In this document: piece by piece, positions 8,316 to 18,109 of the stretch
Layout of the letters: every line of letters begins with the position of its first letter
Position numbering within the stretch: the stretch's first letter is position 1
Source of the DNA: a virus
Lineage: Duplodnaviria > Heunggongvirae > Uroviricota > Caudoviricetes
Direction: 5' to 3' (one strand)
IMG/VR virus record: IMGVR_UViG_2526164667_000035
DNA length: 41,051 bases
Program-made: the position numbers and the translations under genes
The notes under the pieces: generated by a model
Databases searched by the model: none
What the model was told of the DNA's origin: nothing
What the model saw: only the letters and a program-made list of their open reading frames with translations

Positions 8316-10303
8316 TAACCCACCCTCACCTGATTACTTCGCATGACCTGAGCATTTGCAGACTGTTGCCGACGTGCAATCTCATTACCGACAGCGTGCG
8401 GATCTCCGCCACCGTAAATGTGGTAGGTATTTTGCTGGTTAACCTCTGTCATTTTGCCACTAATTCCCGCCACGGCAGCCTTATTAATCAGCTCTCGAGA
8501 ATAGATATTTCTTCCATTTTCATGCTGGATAATGCTGCTCATCAATGCTGACATGGTTTTCGGATCGCTCATATTCAGGGCAGCCCGGGGATCCACTCCC
8601 AGTCGTTGCGATACAGCCCTGATATACGCAGTTGTGTTGTTATTATCAGAGGCAGGTGCCCAGGTAGAGATAATTTTTTCCACACTGTTTATTCCTCGCC
8701 CGGCGTACAACATTAACTGACGAGCAAGAGCCCGTAATCCATCAAAGGCAGTTTCAAATCTGGCAAATCGCCCGCCCGGGTGTTCAAGAGAAGCCCCCGC
8801 CTGACCAGCAAAATTAAGGTTTCCCGGATTGTTATTCCGCTCTCCTCGTTTCGTAGCCTGTGCATGTTGTTCCGGCTCATCATCACCAAACCAGCCGCGT
8901 ACCGTCCGGCCCACACTGCGGGGATCGAATCCCCAGTGCTCTTTAATCCAGTCGGCAGTACTGTTAGCGCTGTCTGTAACCATCGGCATCGCTGACGGAT
9001 TTTCGCTGCCCTGATTAAGTATCTGTTTGCCGATGCTGACGGCATCAGCCCAGCGTCCATCTTTGATAGCATTGAGCAGGTCGGCGATCATGTTCAGCAT
9101 TTTGCTGAATTCGCCCATCTGGTCGATGAAGTTGCTGAAATCCCACTTCAGGGACCATGATTTGGGGTCAATATTGAGTAGTTTCGCCAGCGCTTTCGCC
9201 AGATCGTTAACGGTCGTTTTAAGGTCACGAACCATCTTCAGCGCGGCATCGACCTCCGGTTTCCACTTGCCCCAGTCAATCAGGCTGTCGCCGCCTTCCT
9301 TCCAGGTCTGATAGTCCTCCCACAGGAGGGCAATCCCCGCCGCCAGCGCGGTAATGAGGCCAACCGGCGACATCCAGAACGTACTGTTCAGAATGCGCAG
9401 CGCAATCGTCAGTGCGCCAAACAGCGAGATCAACTCCCGCGTTTGCTTATCCAGCGATTGCCACCAGGTGATAAGGCCTGATGTCCCCTCAATCAGTCTG
9501 AAGAACAGCCGCCCGATAATATCCCCGAGCGCCAGAATGCCTTTTATGGCTTTCGTCAGGGTCTGCTCGATACGAGGGAAGTTGTCCAGGATATGGCGGC
9601 GCAGGGTGTCCAGCGAACCTGCAAGCCCACCCGCAAGATTAGAGCCGATTTTGTCACGGGCCATGCCTGCCATCGCGCTAAACTCACGCAAGGAGGTCAT
9701 AAATTTGTTGGAGCTTCTGGCCGCCTCGTCAGCATTGAAGCCGATAGCTTTCGCCATTGCGCTGTACTGCCCGGAGAAGCCACCCACACCCCGGCGCATC
9801 GCCATAAGGGTATTTTCGTCAATGCCCAGCATCTGCGCATACTGGTTAGCCCGGTAATACGGCATGCCGCTGAGCTTCTGGCCTACACCTGTAAAAATAG
9901 CGGCCATGTCACGCATGTTACCGCTGGCATCCCGTGTCTGTACCCCCAGGCGATTCAGAAATCCCTCTGCACCGGGATTATTACGAATAAACCGGGAGAG
10001 GCTTTCCAGAGAAGATCGCGCAGCGTCCACGCTGCCGCCAACCTGCGAAACCGCATAGCCAATAGACTGAATTCCCTGGACTGTCGCTCCAGTGCGCTGT
10101 GACGCCCAGTAAAGATTATCCAGACCGGAGGCGATCTTAGCCGTGAAGGCCACCACGGACAGCGCGGCTCCTTCAACGGCCAGCCCCATTTTGATGACAT
10201 TTGCAGTTGTACCGGCGAGGACAGAACCGAACTTTTTCGCTCCTGCATCATCCACACTGAAGCCAAGCGAGACGAGGAAATCTTTAATAGTTTCAGCGTT
10301 CAT
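8315..10303 (-). CDS. Tail tape measure protein
   Basis: 662 aa, largest tail gene, Ala/Gly-rich with predicted helical stretches, downstream of the chaperone. Start set at ATG (MNAETIK...) preceded by GGAGAGAGGA; the ORF-track start is an upstream TTG. Confidence 0.8.
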   Translation of the reverse strand: MNAETIKDFLVSLGFSVDDAGAKKFGSVLAGTTANVIKMGLAVEGAALSVVAFTAKIASGLDNLYWASQRTGATVQGIQSIGYAVSQVGGSVDAARSSLESLSRFIRNNPGAEGFLNRLGVQTRDASGNMRDMAAIFTGVGQKLSGMPYYRANQYAQMLGIDENTLMAMRRGVGGFSGQYSAMAKAIGFNADEAARSSNKFMTSLREFSAMAGMARDKIGSNLAGGLAGSLDTLRRHILDNFPRIEQTLTKAIKGILALGDIIGRLFFRLIEGTSGLITWWQSLDKQTRELISLFGALTIALRILNSTFWMSPVGLITALAAGIALLWEDYQTWKEGGDSLIDWGKWKPEVDAALKMVRDLKTTVNDLAKALAKLLNIDPKSWSLKWDFSNFIDQMGEFSKMLNMIADLLNAIKDGRWADAVSIGKQILNQGSENPSAMPMVTDSANSTADWIKEHWGFDPRSVGRTVRGWFGDDEPEQHAQATKRGERNNNPGNLNFAGQAGASLEHPGGRFARFETAFDGLRALARQLMLYAGRGINSVEKIISTWAPASDNNNTTAYIRAVSQRLGVDPRAALNMSDPKTMSALMSSIIQHENGRNIYSRELINKAAVAGISGKMTEVNQQNTYHIYGGGDPHAVGNEIARRQQSANAQVMRSNQVRVG

Positions 10304-10532
10304 TATCCTCTCTCCATTTCTCAATGCGCCGCTGGTTATCCGCTTTTACCGCCAGATGGTCATTCAAAAGAGCAATATCGTACAAATCGACAGAGCCATC
10401 TTTAAGTGCTGTATAAGGAATTAACCCGGCGTCAACCGGATTGAGAAGGTAGGACAGCCCGTCCGGCAGGCTGTTAAACGTCAGCCCTGTTGCAGGCTCT
10501 GCGTCGTGCTGGTAAGGGGTGTAGGCAAAAAA
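10293..10532 (-). other. -1 frame extension of the tail assembly chaperone (G/GT-type programmed frameshift product)
   Basis: Slippery run AAATTTTTTG at 10526..10535 (- strand, fits X XXY YYZ as A AAU UUU); the -1 frame is then open for 80 codons with no start codon, filling the gap up to the tape measure start. Confidence 0.55.
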
Positions 10533-10933
10533 TTTCCCAGCGAATCGGCGACCACCCGCGCCACCAGCTGCAGCATGACCAGCAAGTCAATATCATCAAA
10601 CATCAGTTCGCCCTGGGTAAATACCGGAACCCATCCGTCCATATGACGCCGCGATACCACCGCAAGACAGGGATGAATAATCGCACTGGTGTCATCTTCG
10701 GTCAGGGAAGACAGTTCCTCAGCGATACGCGGGAGCATGGTTTCAAACACCGGTTTTAACTGCTCGAATTTCACGGTGTCGATTTTGCCATCAGCAGGCA
10801 AACGGGAGCGAATGCTCCCGAAATCTGACATCATTCCTGCCAGCACCGGCAGAAGTTTGCGGGTCACTTTCAGTTGGTCAAAAACGCTGAGTTTTGCCAC
10901 GCGATATTTCACGCCTTTGATTTCGAATTCCAT
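10481..10933 (-). CDS. Tail assembly chaperone (zero-frame product)
   Basis: 150-aa ORF between tube and tape measure genes; contains the slippery site near its 3' end. Confidence 0.6.
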   Translation of the reverse strand: MEFEIKGVKYRVAKLSVFDQLKVTRKLLPVLAGMMSDFGSIRSRLPADGKIDTVKFEQLKPVFETMLPRIAEELSSLTEDDTSAIIHPCLAVVSRRHMDGWVPVFTQGELMFDDIDLLVMLQLVARVVADSLGNFLPTPLTSTTQSLQQG

Positions 10934-10936
10934 GTA

Positions 10937-11377
10937 TTAAAACTCCCCGAGAACCTGGTCAATCTTGCCGCAGTCAAACACCCACGGCATCGTATTACCG
11001 GTTTTAGCGTTGGCGTTATCCGGTTGTTTCTGGAACGCAACACTGCGTGCCGTGATGATGTCGCCGCTGACCTTGTTGCGGATCACGATAACGTTATTCC
11101 CCCATGTGGCAGAAGACTGGCTCTGTGCGTTATACGCCAGCGACAATTTTTTATTTGTCGATGATGTCTTCAGAAGGTTAACGGTAATCGTCCCGCTTTT
11201 ATCTGCATGGAGACTGTGCATCACTTCGCCATCAGCACCGATGGTCATGGTGTTTTTAGGACCGCCCATCGCAACCACAATCCCCTCTTCAGAACTTGCC
11301 GAACCGTACCCGAGGTCAATCGAACCGGTCGGCCCGGTCAGCGTCGCAGTGACATCCATAAAAGAATAGGTAGACAT
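10937..11377 (-). CDS. Tail tube protein
   Basis: 146-aa ORF directly downstream of the sheath gene. Confidence 0.55.
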   Translation of the reverse strand: MSTYSFMDVTATLTGPTGSIDLGYGSASSEEGIVVAMGGPKNTMTIGADGEVMHSLHADKSGTITVNLLKTSSTNKKLSLAYNAQSQSSATWGNNVIVIRNKVSGDIITARSVAFQKQPDNANAKTGNTMPWVFDCGKIDQVLGEF

Positions 11378-11387
11378 TCACTTCCCC

Positions 11388-12533
11388 TTAGCGAACAACG
11401 TTAATCTGTACGTCAGCGTAATGAACCGCGCCTGCAAGTTTTATTGCAGCCTGAATCACCGGAGCCTTACGGGCTTCACGTTCTGATTGTGCCTGTTCAT
11501 CCAGTGGCTGGGCGTATACGTAATAACCTTTGGGCAGCGTGTCACCTGATGACAACTGACCCAGGTCGCCACCGTTCCATACGCCCGGAGCAATCAGTCC
11601 ATTCTGAACGGCCTGATCCAGTGATTTTTCAACACTTGATAACAGTCTGGTAATACCGGCTTCAGTCTGGGGTACTTTCGTGGTGCTGGTATAAAGCAGG
11701 TTATAGAGGTTGGTCTGCACATAATTCTGTAACCAGTCCAGGCCGTGGCGTTCATCAAAGAAATCGCCGTTAGCCATCACTCCCTGCTGGAGGATAGCCG
11801 TATCATTCTGGTAGTACACGAATACATTGCAGTTTTTTGCATCAAGTGCCGATGCTTGGCTGACTGTCAGTGTTTCATACCCGACGCCCGGCTCCTGCTT
11901 AAACTTGAGCGTAATCGCGGTATTACTGCCATTGAAATTAACCGTGAATGCCCGGCCAAATGCAGATAACGCAGCGTATTTATTACCCGATGAATACTGA
12001 ATAAAACTGCGTGAATATCCGGCGGTTTTCAGTTTTGATGCCAAATCATCGCTGGATGCAGTCTGCAGGCATTTCTCATCGCTTGTCGTAATCGCCAGAA
12101 TACGGCTTACAGAAGAGGATTCGATCGCCGCAGCCACTTTCAGCCAGTCTGCATCCGGAATATCTGCATCGTCTGCAATCCCCAGCCCATACCATGAAGT
12201 ATAATCGAGCATGGTATTCACAGCCTGCTCCAGCGTCTCAGGCGTGGCCTGTTCGCTGTCTCCCTTCGTTTTCACCCAACGACCAACAAAAACCTCCTGA
12301 GGTTTCGGTGATTGAGAGAAAAACACCTGCGCAGCCTTATATTCTGGTGACTCCACGCCAAAATCTTTTCCAATATCTTCCGCGGCAGAATAACGGCGAA
12401 TGCGCTCACTTACCGGAATGATTGTGGACGGGCCGAGAATGAGTAATGCACCAAAATTTCGCCCTGATGCTGCACGCGGCGACATGATCACATCAACATT
12501 AACAACGTTTGATACAGGCAAGCCCTGTGCCAT
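11388..12533 (-). CDS. Tail sheath protein (Mu-like, DUF3383-type)
   Basis: 381-aa ORF at the start of the tail module, followed by tube/chaperone/tape measure. Confidence 0.6.
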   Translation of the reverse strand: MAQGLPVSNVVNVDVIMSPRAASGRNFGALLILGPSTIIPVSERIRRYSAAEDIGKDFGVESPEYKAAQVFFSQSPKPQEVFVGRWVKTKGDSEQATPETLEQAVNTMLDYTSWYGLGIADDADIPDADWLKVAAAIESSSVSRILAITTSDEKCLQTASSDDLASKLKTAGYSRSFIQYSSGNKYAALSAFGRAFTVNFNGSNTAITLKFKQEPGVGYETLTVSQASALDAKNCNVFVYYQNDTAILQQGVMANGDFFDERHGLDWLQNYVQTNLYNLLYTSTTKVPQTEAGITRLLSSVEKSLDQAVQNGLIAPGVWNGGDLGQLSSGDTLPKGYYVYAQPLDEQAQSEREARKAPVIQAAIKLAGAVHYADVQINVVR

Positions 12534-12536
12534 AGC

Positions 12537-13145
12537 TTAATCTCCGAAAAAGATGACTGGTGCTTCCACCAGCGATTTAATACCGTACTCGCGCACAACC
12601 TTCCGGCGCAGACGCACCGTCATATCGTAGCGGCGGACCCATTGCTGATTAATAAGTTCAGGGAAGGGAGTCAGACCTGTGTAATCGCCAAGAGACAGCC
12701 CCAGCACATTCAGTGCTGCGTTGTTCTGCGGTACAGATATACCGTCACGAAACCGGGACGCATACACCATCCCCGCCGGACCATAAAACGAAGCCATACA
12801 CTCAATCGTTTCATGCCGCCAGAGCTGAGAGCCATCATCAGTCTGTCTGGTGAATGCCGGACTGTCATCACCTGACCATCCGATAACCCCAAACGCACAC
12901 CAGTTCGTTTCAGCCGGTAGCAGTGGCGGCTGCTCTTTCTGCCAGCGCGGGCGAACCATCCCGGCAGACAGACCGGAAACGTTACGCATCCACTGGCTTA
13001 ACAGCCTGTCGAGCGCTTCGTCATAATCCGGATCGCCACTGGTTGGTATCAGCCATCCGCGCTCTGTGCTGGTGTTATTGCTCAACCGGAATTCCCCCAT
13101 CAAACGGCAGCAACTCACAATGCGCCTGAACGAATCCGGCACCAT
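12537..13145 (-). CDS. Hypothetical neck / tail completion protein (start uncertain)
   Basis: ORF in the head-tail joining block; the longest start overlaps the upstream gene by 70 nt, so the true start is probably internal. Confidence 0.35.
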   Translation of the reverse strand: MVPDSFRRIVSCCRLMGEFRLSNNTSTERGWLIPTSGDPDYDEALDRLLSQWMRNVSGLSAGMVRPRWQKEQPPLLPAETNWCAFGVIGWSGDDSPAFTRQTDDGSQLWRHETIECMASFYGPAGMVYASRFRDGISVPQNNAALNVLGLSLGDYTGLTPFPELINQQWVRRYDMTVRLRRKVVREYGIKSLVEAPVIFFGD

Positions 13146-13464
13146 ACGCTGTATACGGGTCGACGAAAGTCACACGATAATCACGGCCCTGATACGTCAC
13201 GATATCGGCATCACGGCCAGTCTGTCCCTGCGTCAGTCGCTCAGTCGTCACAATCAGAATTGCACCACTGATTACCTGCCCGGCCTGCATACGACGGTTT
13301 TCCAGAGAGCGATCAACAGTTACGACTCCGGCAAACTGCTTTTTAACTTCGCTGTCGCTGCCGATCCCGTCCGCATCCACCGTTTGCACACGGCGTGTTA
13401 CCCACAAATTGAAGTCGCAAAAATCGGGGTCAAAAAGCACATCTGTTACATCAAGAGTCGGCAT
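13075..13464 (-). CDS. Hypothetical head-tail joining protein
   Basis: 129-aa ORF, tightly packed between head and tail modules. Confidence 0.35.
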   Translation of the reverse strand: MPTLDVTDVLFDPDFCDFNLWVTRRVQTVDADGIGSDSEVKKQFAGVVTVDRSLENRRMQAGQVISGAILIVTTERLTQGQTGRDADIVTYQGRDYRVTFVDPYTAYGAGFVQAHCELLPFDGGIPVEQ

Positions 13465-14005
13465 TTTTATCCCTCACAACATGGGTAATCGCTCTGCGAT
13501 ATTGCCCGGTGTCAATTAATGGTTTCGCCAGTTCGGTTCCCGGGGATTCGCCAGCAGCACGCCGGGCAAGTTCCAGTGTTGCCCCCTTGCGCCCCCGACG
13601 AGCCCGGGCTTCAACAGTACTGTCAGCAAGCGGCGTAAAGCCGGTAATGGTCATGTAACGCCTGACGCCATTAGCGGCCAGTGTTCCGGCACGGTTGAGT
13701 GCGCTTTCTGCTCCCGCAGCATTACCATCAAGTGCAGCCTGCGCCGCGGCTTTGAGCTGCGGCACCGTCTGCTCTTCTGCCGATTTAACGCCGGGGACCA
13801 GGTGAGGTCGTGGCGGGATGTTCTGCTCTGGTGAGCCGTATTCGTTGAGGTAACCGATGCCCGCATTACCAAACGGAACATCATCCCGCTCGCTGTCTTC
13901 CGAAGGGATGCCGACCAGCACATCTTTTTTGGTTAACGACCTGAGCGCATCCAGAATAGCCTTAGCGTTATCCACCCTCGTTGTTACACCGCTTTTGAAA
14001 CTCAT
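13451..14005 (-). CDS. Hypothetical head completion / adaptor protein
   Basis: 184-aa ORF in the same block. Confidence 0.35.
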   Translation of the reverse strand: MSFKSGVTTRVDNAKAILDALRSLTKKDVLVGIPSEDSERDDVPFGNAGIGYLNEYGSPEQNIPPRPHLVPGVKSAEEQTVPQLKAAAQAALDGNAAGAESALNRAGTLAANGVRRYMTITGFTPLADSTVEARARRGRKGATLELARRAAGESPGTELAKPLIDTGQYRRAITHVVRDKNADS

Positions 14006-14409
14006 AGCTGGCGACCACCTGCACCGAACATCGTGATCAACTGATAAAATTCAGCGCCATATCGGGTGTTATTCCAGAAACCTGCATCAGGATTCAGCGT
14101 CGCGCTGGTGTCATAACTGACGCTTACCTTATCCACGGACTTTGAGGACTGAACACCATTGGTTGAACCGCCCGGCTCGCCAGCCAGCATCGCCCGGCTG
14201 TCTGCCGCCCAGAGCGTCATGTAGTGCGCAACGAACAACCCGGCAAAGTACGGAAACAACTTTTTGCCGGTGACGTTTTCGCTCAGCAGTTCATCGGCCA
14301 GATTCAGACGAAACTGGATTTGCGCTTCGGGATATTTGGCAGGGTCAGCAAACTGCGGGAAGTCGCGGCGAAAATCACTTACCGCTGGCAGACTTTGATT
14401 CTTTGGCAT
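14002..14409 (-). CDS. Hypothetical head-tail connector protein (DUF4054-like position)
   Basis: 135-aa ORF downstream of the capsid gene. Confidence 0.35.
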   Translation of the reverse strand: MPKNQSLPAVSDFRRDFPQFADPAKYPEAQIQFRLNLADELLSENVTGKKLFPYFAGLFVAHYMTLWAADSRAMLAGEPGGSTNGVQSSKSVDKVSVSYDTSATLNPDAGFWNNTRYGAEFYQLITMFGAGGRQL

Positions 14410-14596
14410 TTTTTACCTCGTTACGCGCGTCTGTGGCTTTGCCAACGGATACTTCCACGTGCGCACGAGTGAACCAGTGCGTGGCAACGTCTTCCTCCAC
14501 AGCATGACGGCCTTTAACAAACTCGCGCCGTGAACCGTCGGGAAGCGTGAGCACAAACGGGGTATGTACGTGTATTACTGCATTATTTTTTGCCAT
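14375..14596 (-). CDS. Small hypothetical head protein
   Basis: 73-aa ORF right after the major capsid gene. Confidence 0.3.
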   Translation of the reverse strand: MAKNNAVIHVHTPFVLTLPDGSRREFVKGRHAVEEDVATHWFTRAHVEVSVGKATDARNEVKNAKESKSASGK

Positions 14597-14637
14597 CGGG
14601 TCATCCTTAATGGCCCCGCCAGGGGGCCATGTGGCTG

Positions 14638-15579
14638 TTAAATGCCATCAACGTACGAAATGGTTTCTTTGTACACTGGCTCGACTGCACCCAGCTTGCC
14701 GTAGTAAGTGACGATCTGATACAGACCGCGATACTGCACCGGCACGCTCTGAAGCGGAACCAGCGGGTAGCGGACGTATTTTTTATCGTTGGTGTACGCA
14801 ACCATGCGATCCTTATTCCCCACACCACGGCCTTTCAGCCATTTAACCGCGCGGATATTCAGCGGAACACCGTTCTGGTGATAGCTGATGGTGTTGGTCT
14901 GAAGGTACGTCAACAGGGACTGGTTACCCGCAGATGAAACGATGATGCTGGACAACAGAGCAAACTGCTCAGGCGGGATCAGCAAATCACGCGGAACCAC
15001 AGAGTAACCGGAAGCGGCCCACGCATCAGACAGCACCTGGTTAATGCTTGCGCGGATTTCGTCCGGTGTTGAGGTTGCCCACGTTTTGGCAGCGTTGTTG
15101 ACAGGCACGCCGTCCAGGGTAACAAGGCCTTTCAGGTTTAATGCAGAATCGCCAACATATACCTGTTCATCGTTATCCATCTGCCATTTCAGTTGCATAC
15201 CGTCATACTTCTGCGTATCAATCGGGCGGCCGACCTGCTGAGCAGCCTGCAATTCTATGACCGTCCAGCCAAGTTCCATCCCCCACAGGTTCAGCGGGTT
15301 ACCAGATTTGCCGATATCCACGTTCACGCCAGCAATAGCGGTTGAGTCTTTGCCTACCCAGTTTTTGCCATTCGGATTTGCACCAGTACCCGCAGCGGCG
15401 AAGCTGGTATTCGTCCAGCTGGAAATGTCATCTGCGATGGAGACATCTTCACGCAGTTGGATATCGCGGGTCCAGGTGTACCCCACCAGTGGCAGGTTCA
15501 GCGTCTGGTCGAGTCGCTCCAGCTCCCCGATGAGAAAGGCACCAGAGCTGTCAACGGTTGCCTGATCAAAAGTAATCAT
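14638..15579 (-). CDS. Major capsid protein (DUF2184-type)
   Basis: 313-aa ORF after scaffold-like and decoration-like genes; sequence (MITFDQATVDSSGAFLIGELERLDQ...) resembles DUF2184 capsid proteins by recollection. Confidence 0.65.
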   Translation of the reverse strand: MITFDQATVDSSGAFLIGELERLDQTLNLPLVGYTWTRDIQLREDVSIADDISSWTNTSFAAAGTGANPNGKNWVGKDSTAIAGVNVDIGKSGNPLNLWGMELGWTVIELQAAQQVGRPIDTQKYDGMQLKWQMDNDEQVYVGDSALNLKGLVTLDGVPVNNAAKTWATSTPDEIRASINQVLSDAWAASGYSVVPRDLLIPPEQFALLSSIIVSSAGNQSLLTYLQTNTISYHQNGVPLNIRAVKWLKGRGVGNKDRMVAYTNDKKYVRYPLVPLQSVPVQYRGLYQIVTYYGKLGAVEPVYKETISYVDGI

Positions 15580-15590
15580 TCGTCTGTTCC

Positions 15591-16097
15591 TTAAATCTTC
15601 CAGGAAATTTCTGCATTGCCGTTAGCATCACCGGCACCTGTGAATTCAGCGTTGGTCAGCACCACGTTTTTGCCACTGACTGACGTGGCCATGAATCCAC
15701 CCAGCGGCACTTTGATGGATTCATCAGTGGAGACGACAACGTATACCGGATCGCCTTTTTTGATGGTGCTGGTATCAAAATCAGAACCGAGATTAACGGT
15801 CACGTAGCCACGCTTCATTGCGTCGCCCGGGAAGTTCTTGCCACTCCCCACCTGGCGAACCATGTCCGGCTGCGAAGTGGTCGGATAAGGGCGCACATAG
15901 ATCCCCTTCACCTTGTCTGCGGTATCACCATCTGCCAGCGGCACGAAAAAACCGTCATCATCGTATTTACCAGCCAGCCCATAGGCAGCGAAGGCGTTAT
16001 CGGATTTAAGGACCACCGGTTCGACGGTTAAGTCCTGCGGGCGAGAGACAGCCCCGGCAATGCCAACAGGCATCCGGTACAGAAATACATTATTCAT
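15591..16097 (-). CDS. Structural / head decoration-like protein (DUF2190-like)
   Basis: 168-aa ORF immediately upstream of the capsid gene, the usual DUF2190 position. Confidence 0.5.
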   Translation of the reverse strand: MNNVFLYRMPVGIAGAVSRPQDLTVEPVVLKSDNAFAAYGLAGKYDDDGFFVPLADGDTADKVKGIYVRPYPTTSQPDMVRQVGSGKNFPGDAMKRGYVTVNLGSDFDTSTIKKGDPVYVVVSTDESIKVPLGGFMATSVSGKNVVLTNAEFTGAGDANGNAEISWKI

Positions 16098-16100
16098 TTT

Positions 16101-17321
16101 TTACCCTTTACGGTTTGCCCAGAATTCAGCGTTTTGTTTGTTCAGGGAAGCGATACTGGTCATGCCCATGTTTGGGCGCTGTGCATCGCCGGTGGTGGCG
16201 CGGGTGTTTCGCCCTTTGGCAATCTCAGACACGGCATTAAACGCCATGTCGACCGATTGTTTCGGCAATTTGCGGATATCCGCATCACCGACGATCTGGC
16301 GAACCAGCGTTTTATCTGCGGAAGCCAGAACCTCGCGTTTGAACTCGGTCGGTTTCATCTTACGGCTCAGATCGATACCCGGAACAATAACTTCGGCACG
16401 CCAGGCTGAGTCACCAGTAATCGTGGTTTCCTCTTCATCGTCCTCGCCGTCACCGGTCGGATTATCGTCAGGCTTATTGTCGTTATCGCCCGTGGCATTT
16501 CCTTCCAGCTTAGCCAGCAGGGCTTTCAGTAATGTTTTGAGGTCATCATCACTGTCGCCGGTTGGACCTCCGCCCATCTCTGGTGCTTTGTCCGGTAGCG
16601 GTTGCTGCGGGGACAGGTTGATGTTGAGATTAACGCCCTGCGGCAAATCCCCCTCATCTCCTGTAACCGATGCGGGAGCCGACTCCACCAGTTCGTTCAT
16701 GGTGTCAGCGTCCCCCGTTTTGATGGCCGTGCGCATGCGGGTCCACCAGCTTTTCTTTTGATTTGCCATTGTGTCTCTGTCTCCAATTGCACAACGATTT
16801 CCGGCTCTGCCTTTAGGAACAAGAGCCACATGGTTTCCGGTAATATCGACCTGCTCGGCTTTACCTGGCTCGGTCTGCTCATACTCCGCGTCATATCCGC
16901 ACGACACTTCGCGCAGGCCATCTTCGATAAGCTGAATGGCGCTTTCGTCTTTGACGATAAGGTCAGCCAGCATCAAATCAGACTGCTCACCCGTCCCGCG
17001 CCGGACATTCTGGAGGTGCCCGACAGCAAGCTCTTTCCAGTTCTCGGGATTTACCAGCCGCACATTCCCGTTTTCATCTTCAGGATGCAGGATCGTGATG
17101 CTCATCCCTTCGAATGAGGCAAGCGTGGCCGGATGGAATACCTGCTCAGGAGAACGCGTGACGACTATTTCACCGAACTTATCGGGTTTCAGTTTTGGCA
17201 GGTCATCAGCACCATAGAGCTGCTTACCTGTTCGTCCTATCGGCACGTCTTTGCACAGCAACGAGCCGTCAGCCAGCTGGTAGCGGGTTTCTCCCAGCCG
17301 GGTATTGAAAAAATATTTCAT
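16101..17321 (-). CDS. Head scaffold / prohead protease-like protein (DUF2213-like) with acidic low-complexity linker
   Basis: 406-aa ORF between the Mu F-like gene and the decoration gene; central Asp/Gly-rich low-complexity segment. Confidence 0.5.
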   Translation of the reverse strand: MKYFFNTRLGETRYQLADGSLLCKDVPIGRTGKQLYGADDLPKLKPDKFGEIVVTRSPEQVFHPATLASFEGMSITILHPEDENGNVRLVNPENWKELAVGHLQNVRRGTGEQSDLMLADLIVKDESAIQLIEDGLREVSCGYDAEYEQTEPGKAEQVDITGNHVALVPKGRAGNRCAIGDRDTMANQKKSWWTRMRTAIKTGDADTMNELVESAPASVTGDEGDLPQGVNLNINLSPQQPLPDKAPEMGGGPTGDSDDDLKTLLKALLAKLEGNATGDNDNKPDDNPTGDGEDDEEETTITGDSAWRAEVIVPGIDLSRKMKPTEFKREVLASADKTLVRQIVGDADIRKLPKQSVDMAFNAVSEIAKGRNTRATTGDAQRPNMGMTSIASLNKQNAEFWANRKG

Positions 17322-17335
17322 GGGTTACCTGCGAT

Positions 17336-18109
17336 TCAGGCGGGATAAGATTGGGAAGTGGGAAAAACGATTTCTTTATAACAGCGACAATTCGGGAGCT
17401 CGCCAGCGTGACCGGTCATGCCGTCAAGCGTAGGAGGTTTGCCCCATTCGACAAATTTACCTTCCATTTCCTGATGAGAATGCCTGACGTCACCATCTTC
17501 GGCTGTACGCCAGATATAACCATTCGAACCAATTGACAGCGCACGCGCCTGATCCAGCGCTCCGGTTGCACGTCCAAGTTCAGTACGGGCAATCAGGTCA
17601 GCTCTGGACTTTGCTATATCACCCGATGCGGCTATTTCTTTAGCAAAATGTTCCGCTCTCCCACCGGTAACAACAGCTTCTATCGCCCGATTCTGGATGT
17701 CGTACACCCTGTCAGCCGCCTCGAGGGGTAGCGATTTGATGTACTTAACCTGTTCAGCAACGATGGATTTCATCACCTGCCCTGGAGGGGCACTGTTTAC
17801 CAGATTGCGTAGCTCACGGCTGATGGTTTTGCTGTGTTTACGCCACTGCTCATCATTCTTGCGCACAATGTCGGCGGTAAAGTTTTCCGCGACCTTTGTC
17901 GCCCAGGGGGTGATGATTTCACTGTAGCGTTCCAGCGCCTCAATAATTTCCGTGATACTGTCATTTGAACCATCGTAGCGACCATTTACGATGTCCCCGA
18001 CCGCCCGCGCTATCCTGCGTAGACTGGTTCGATACCGGATTTCCGCCTGACGGTTCCTGCGGTTCGTCATCAGGTTCGCCGATGCCGGGCGGCGCTTCGT
18101 CTTCGGCAT
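17336..18109 (-). CDS. Head morphogenesis protein (Mu gpF / SPP1 gp7 family); start uncertain
   Basis: Follows the portal gene as in Mu F-like genes; the annotated ORF overlaps the portal 3' end by about 150 nt. Confidence 0.65.
   Translation of the reverse strand: MPKTKRRPASANLMTNRRNRQAEIRYRTSLRRIARAVGDIVNGRYDGSNDSITEIIEALERYSEIITPWATKVAENFTADIVRKNDEQWRKHSKTISRELRNLVNSAPPGQVMKSIVAEQVKYIKSLPLEAADRVYDIQNRAIEAVVTGGRAEHFAKEIAASGDIAKSRADLIARTELGRATGALDQARALSIGSNGYIWRTAEDGDVRHSHQEMEGKFVEWGKPPTLDGMTGHAGELPNCRCYKEIVFPTSQSYPA

Noticed and set aside
9354-10102. Plus-strand ORFs inside the tape measure gene (9354..9857, 9593..10102, 9027..9311)
   Set aside because: Antisense to a long, well-supported structural gene; Ser/Arg/Pro-rich translations typical of spurious frames.
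16060-17117. Plus-strand ORFs (16060..16761, 16602..17117) opposite the scaffold-like gene
   Set aside because: Antisense to a tightly packed head operon; low-complexity Ser/Pro-rich translations.
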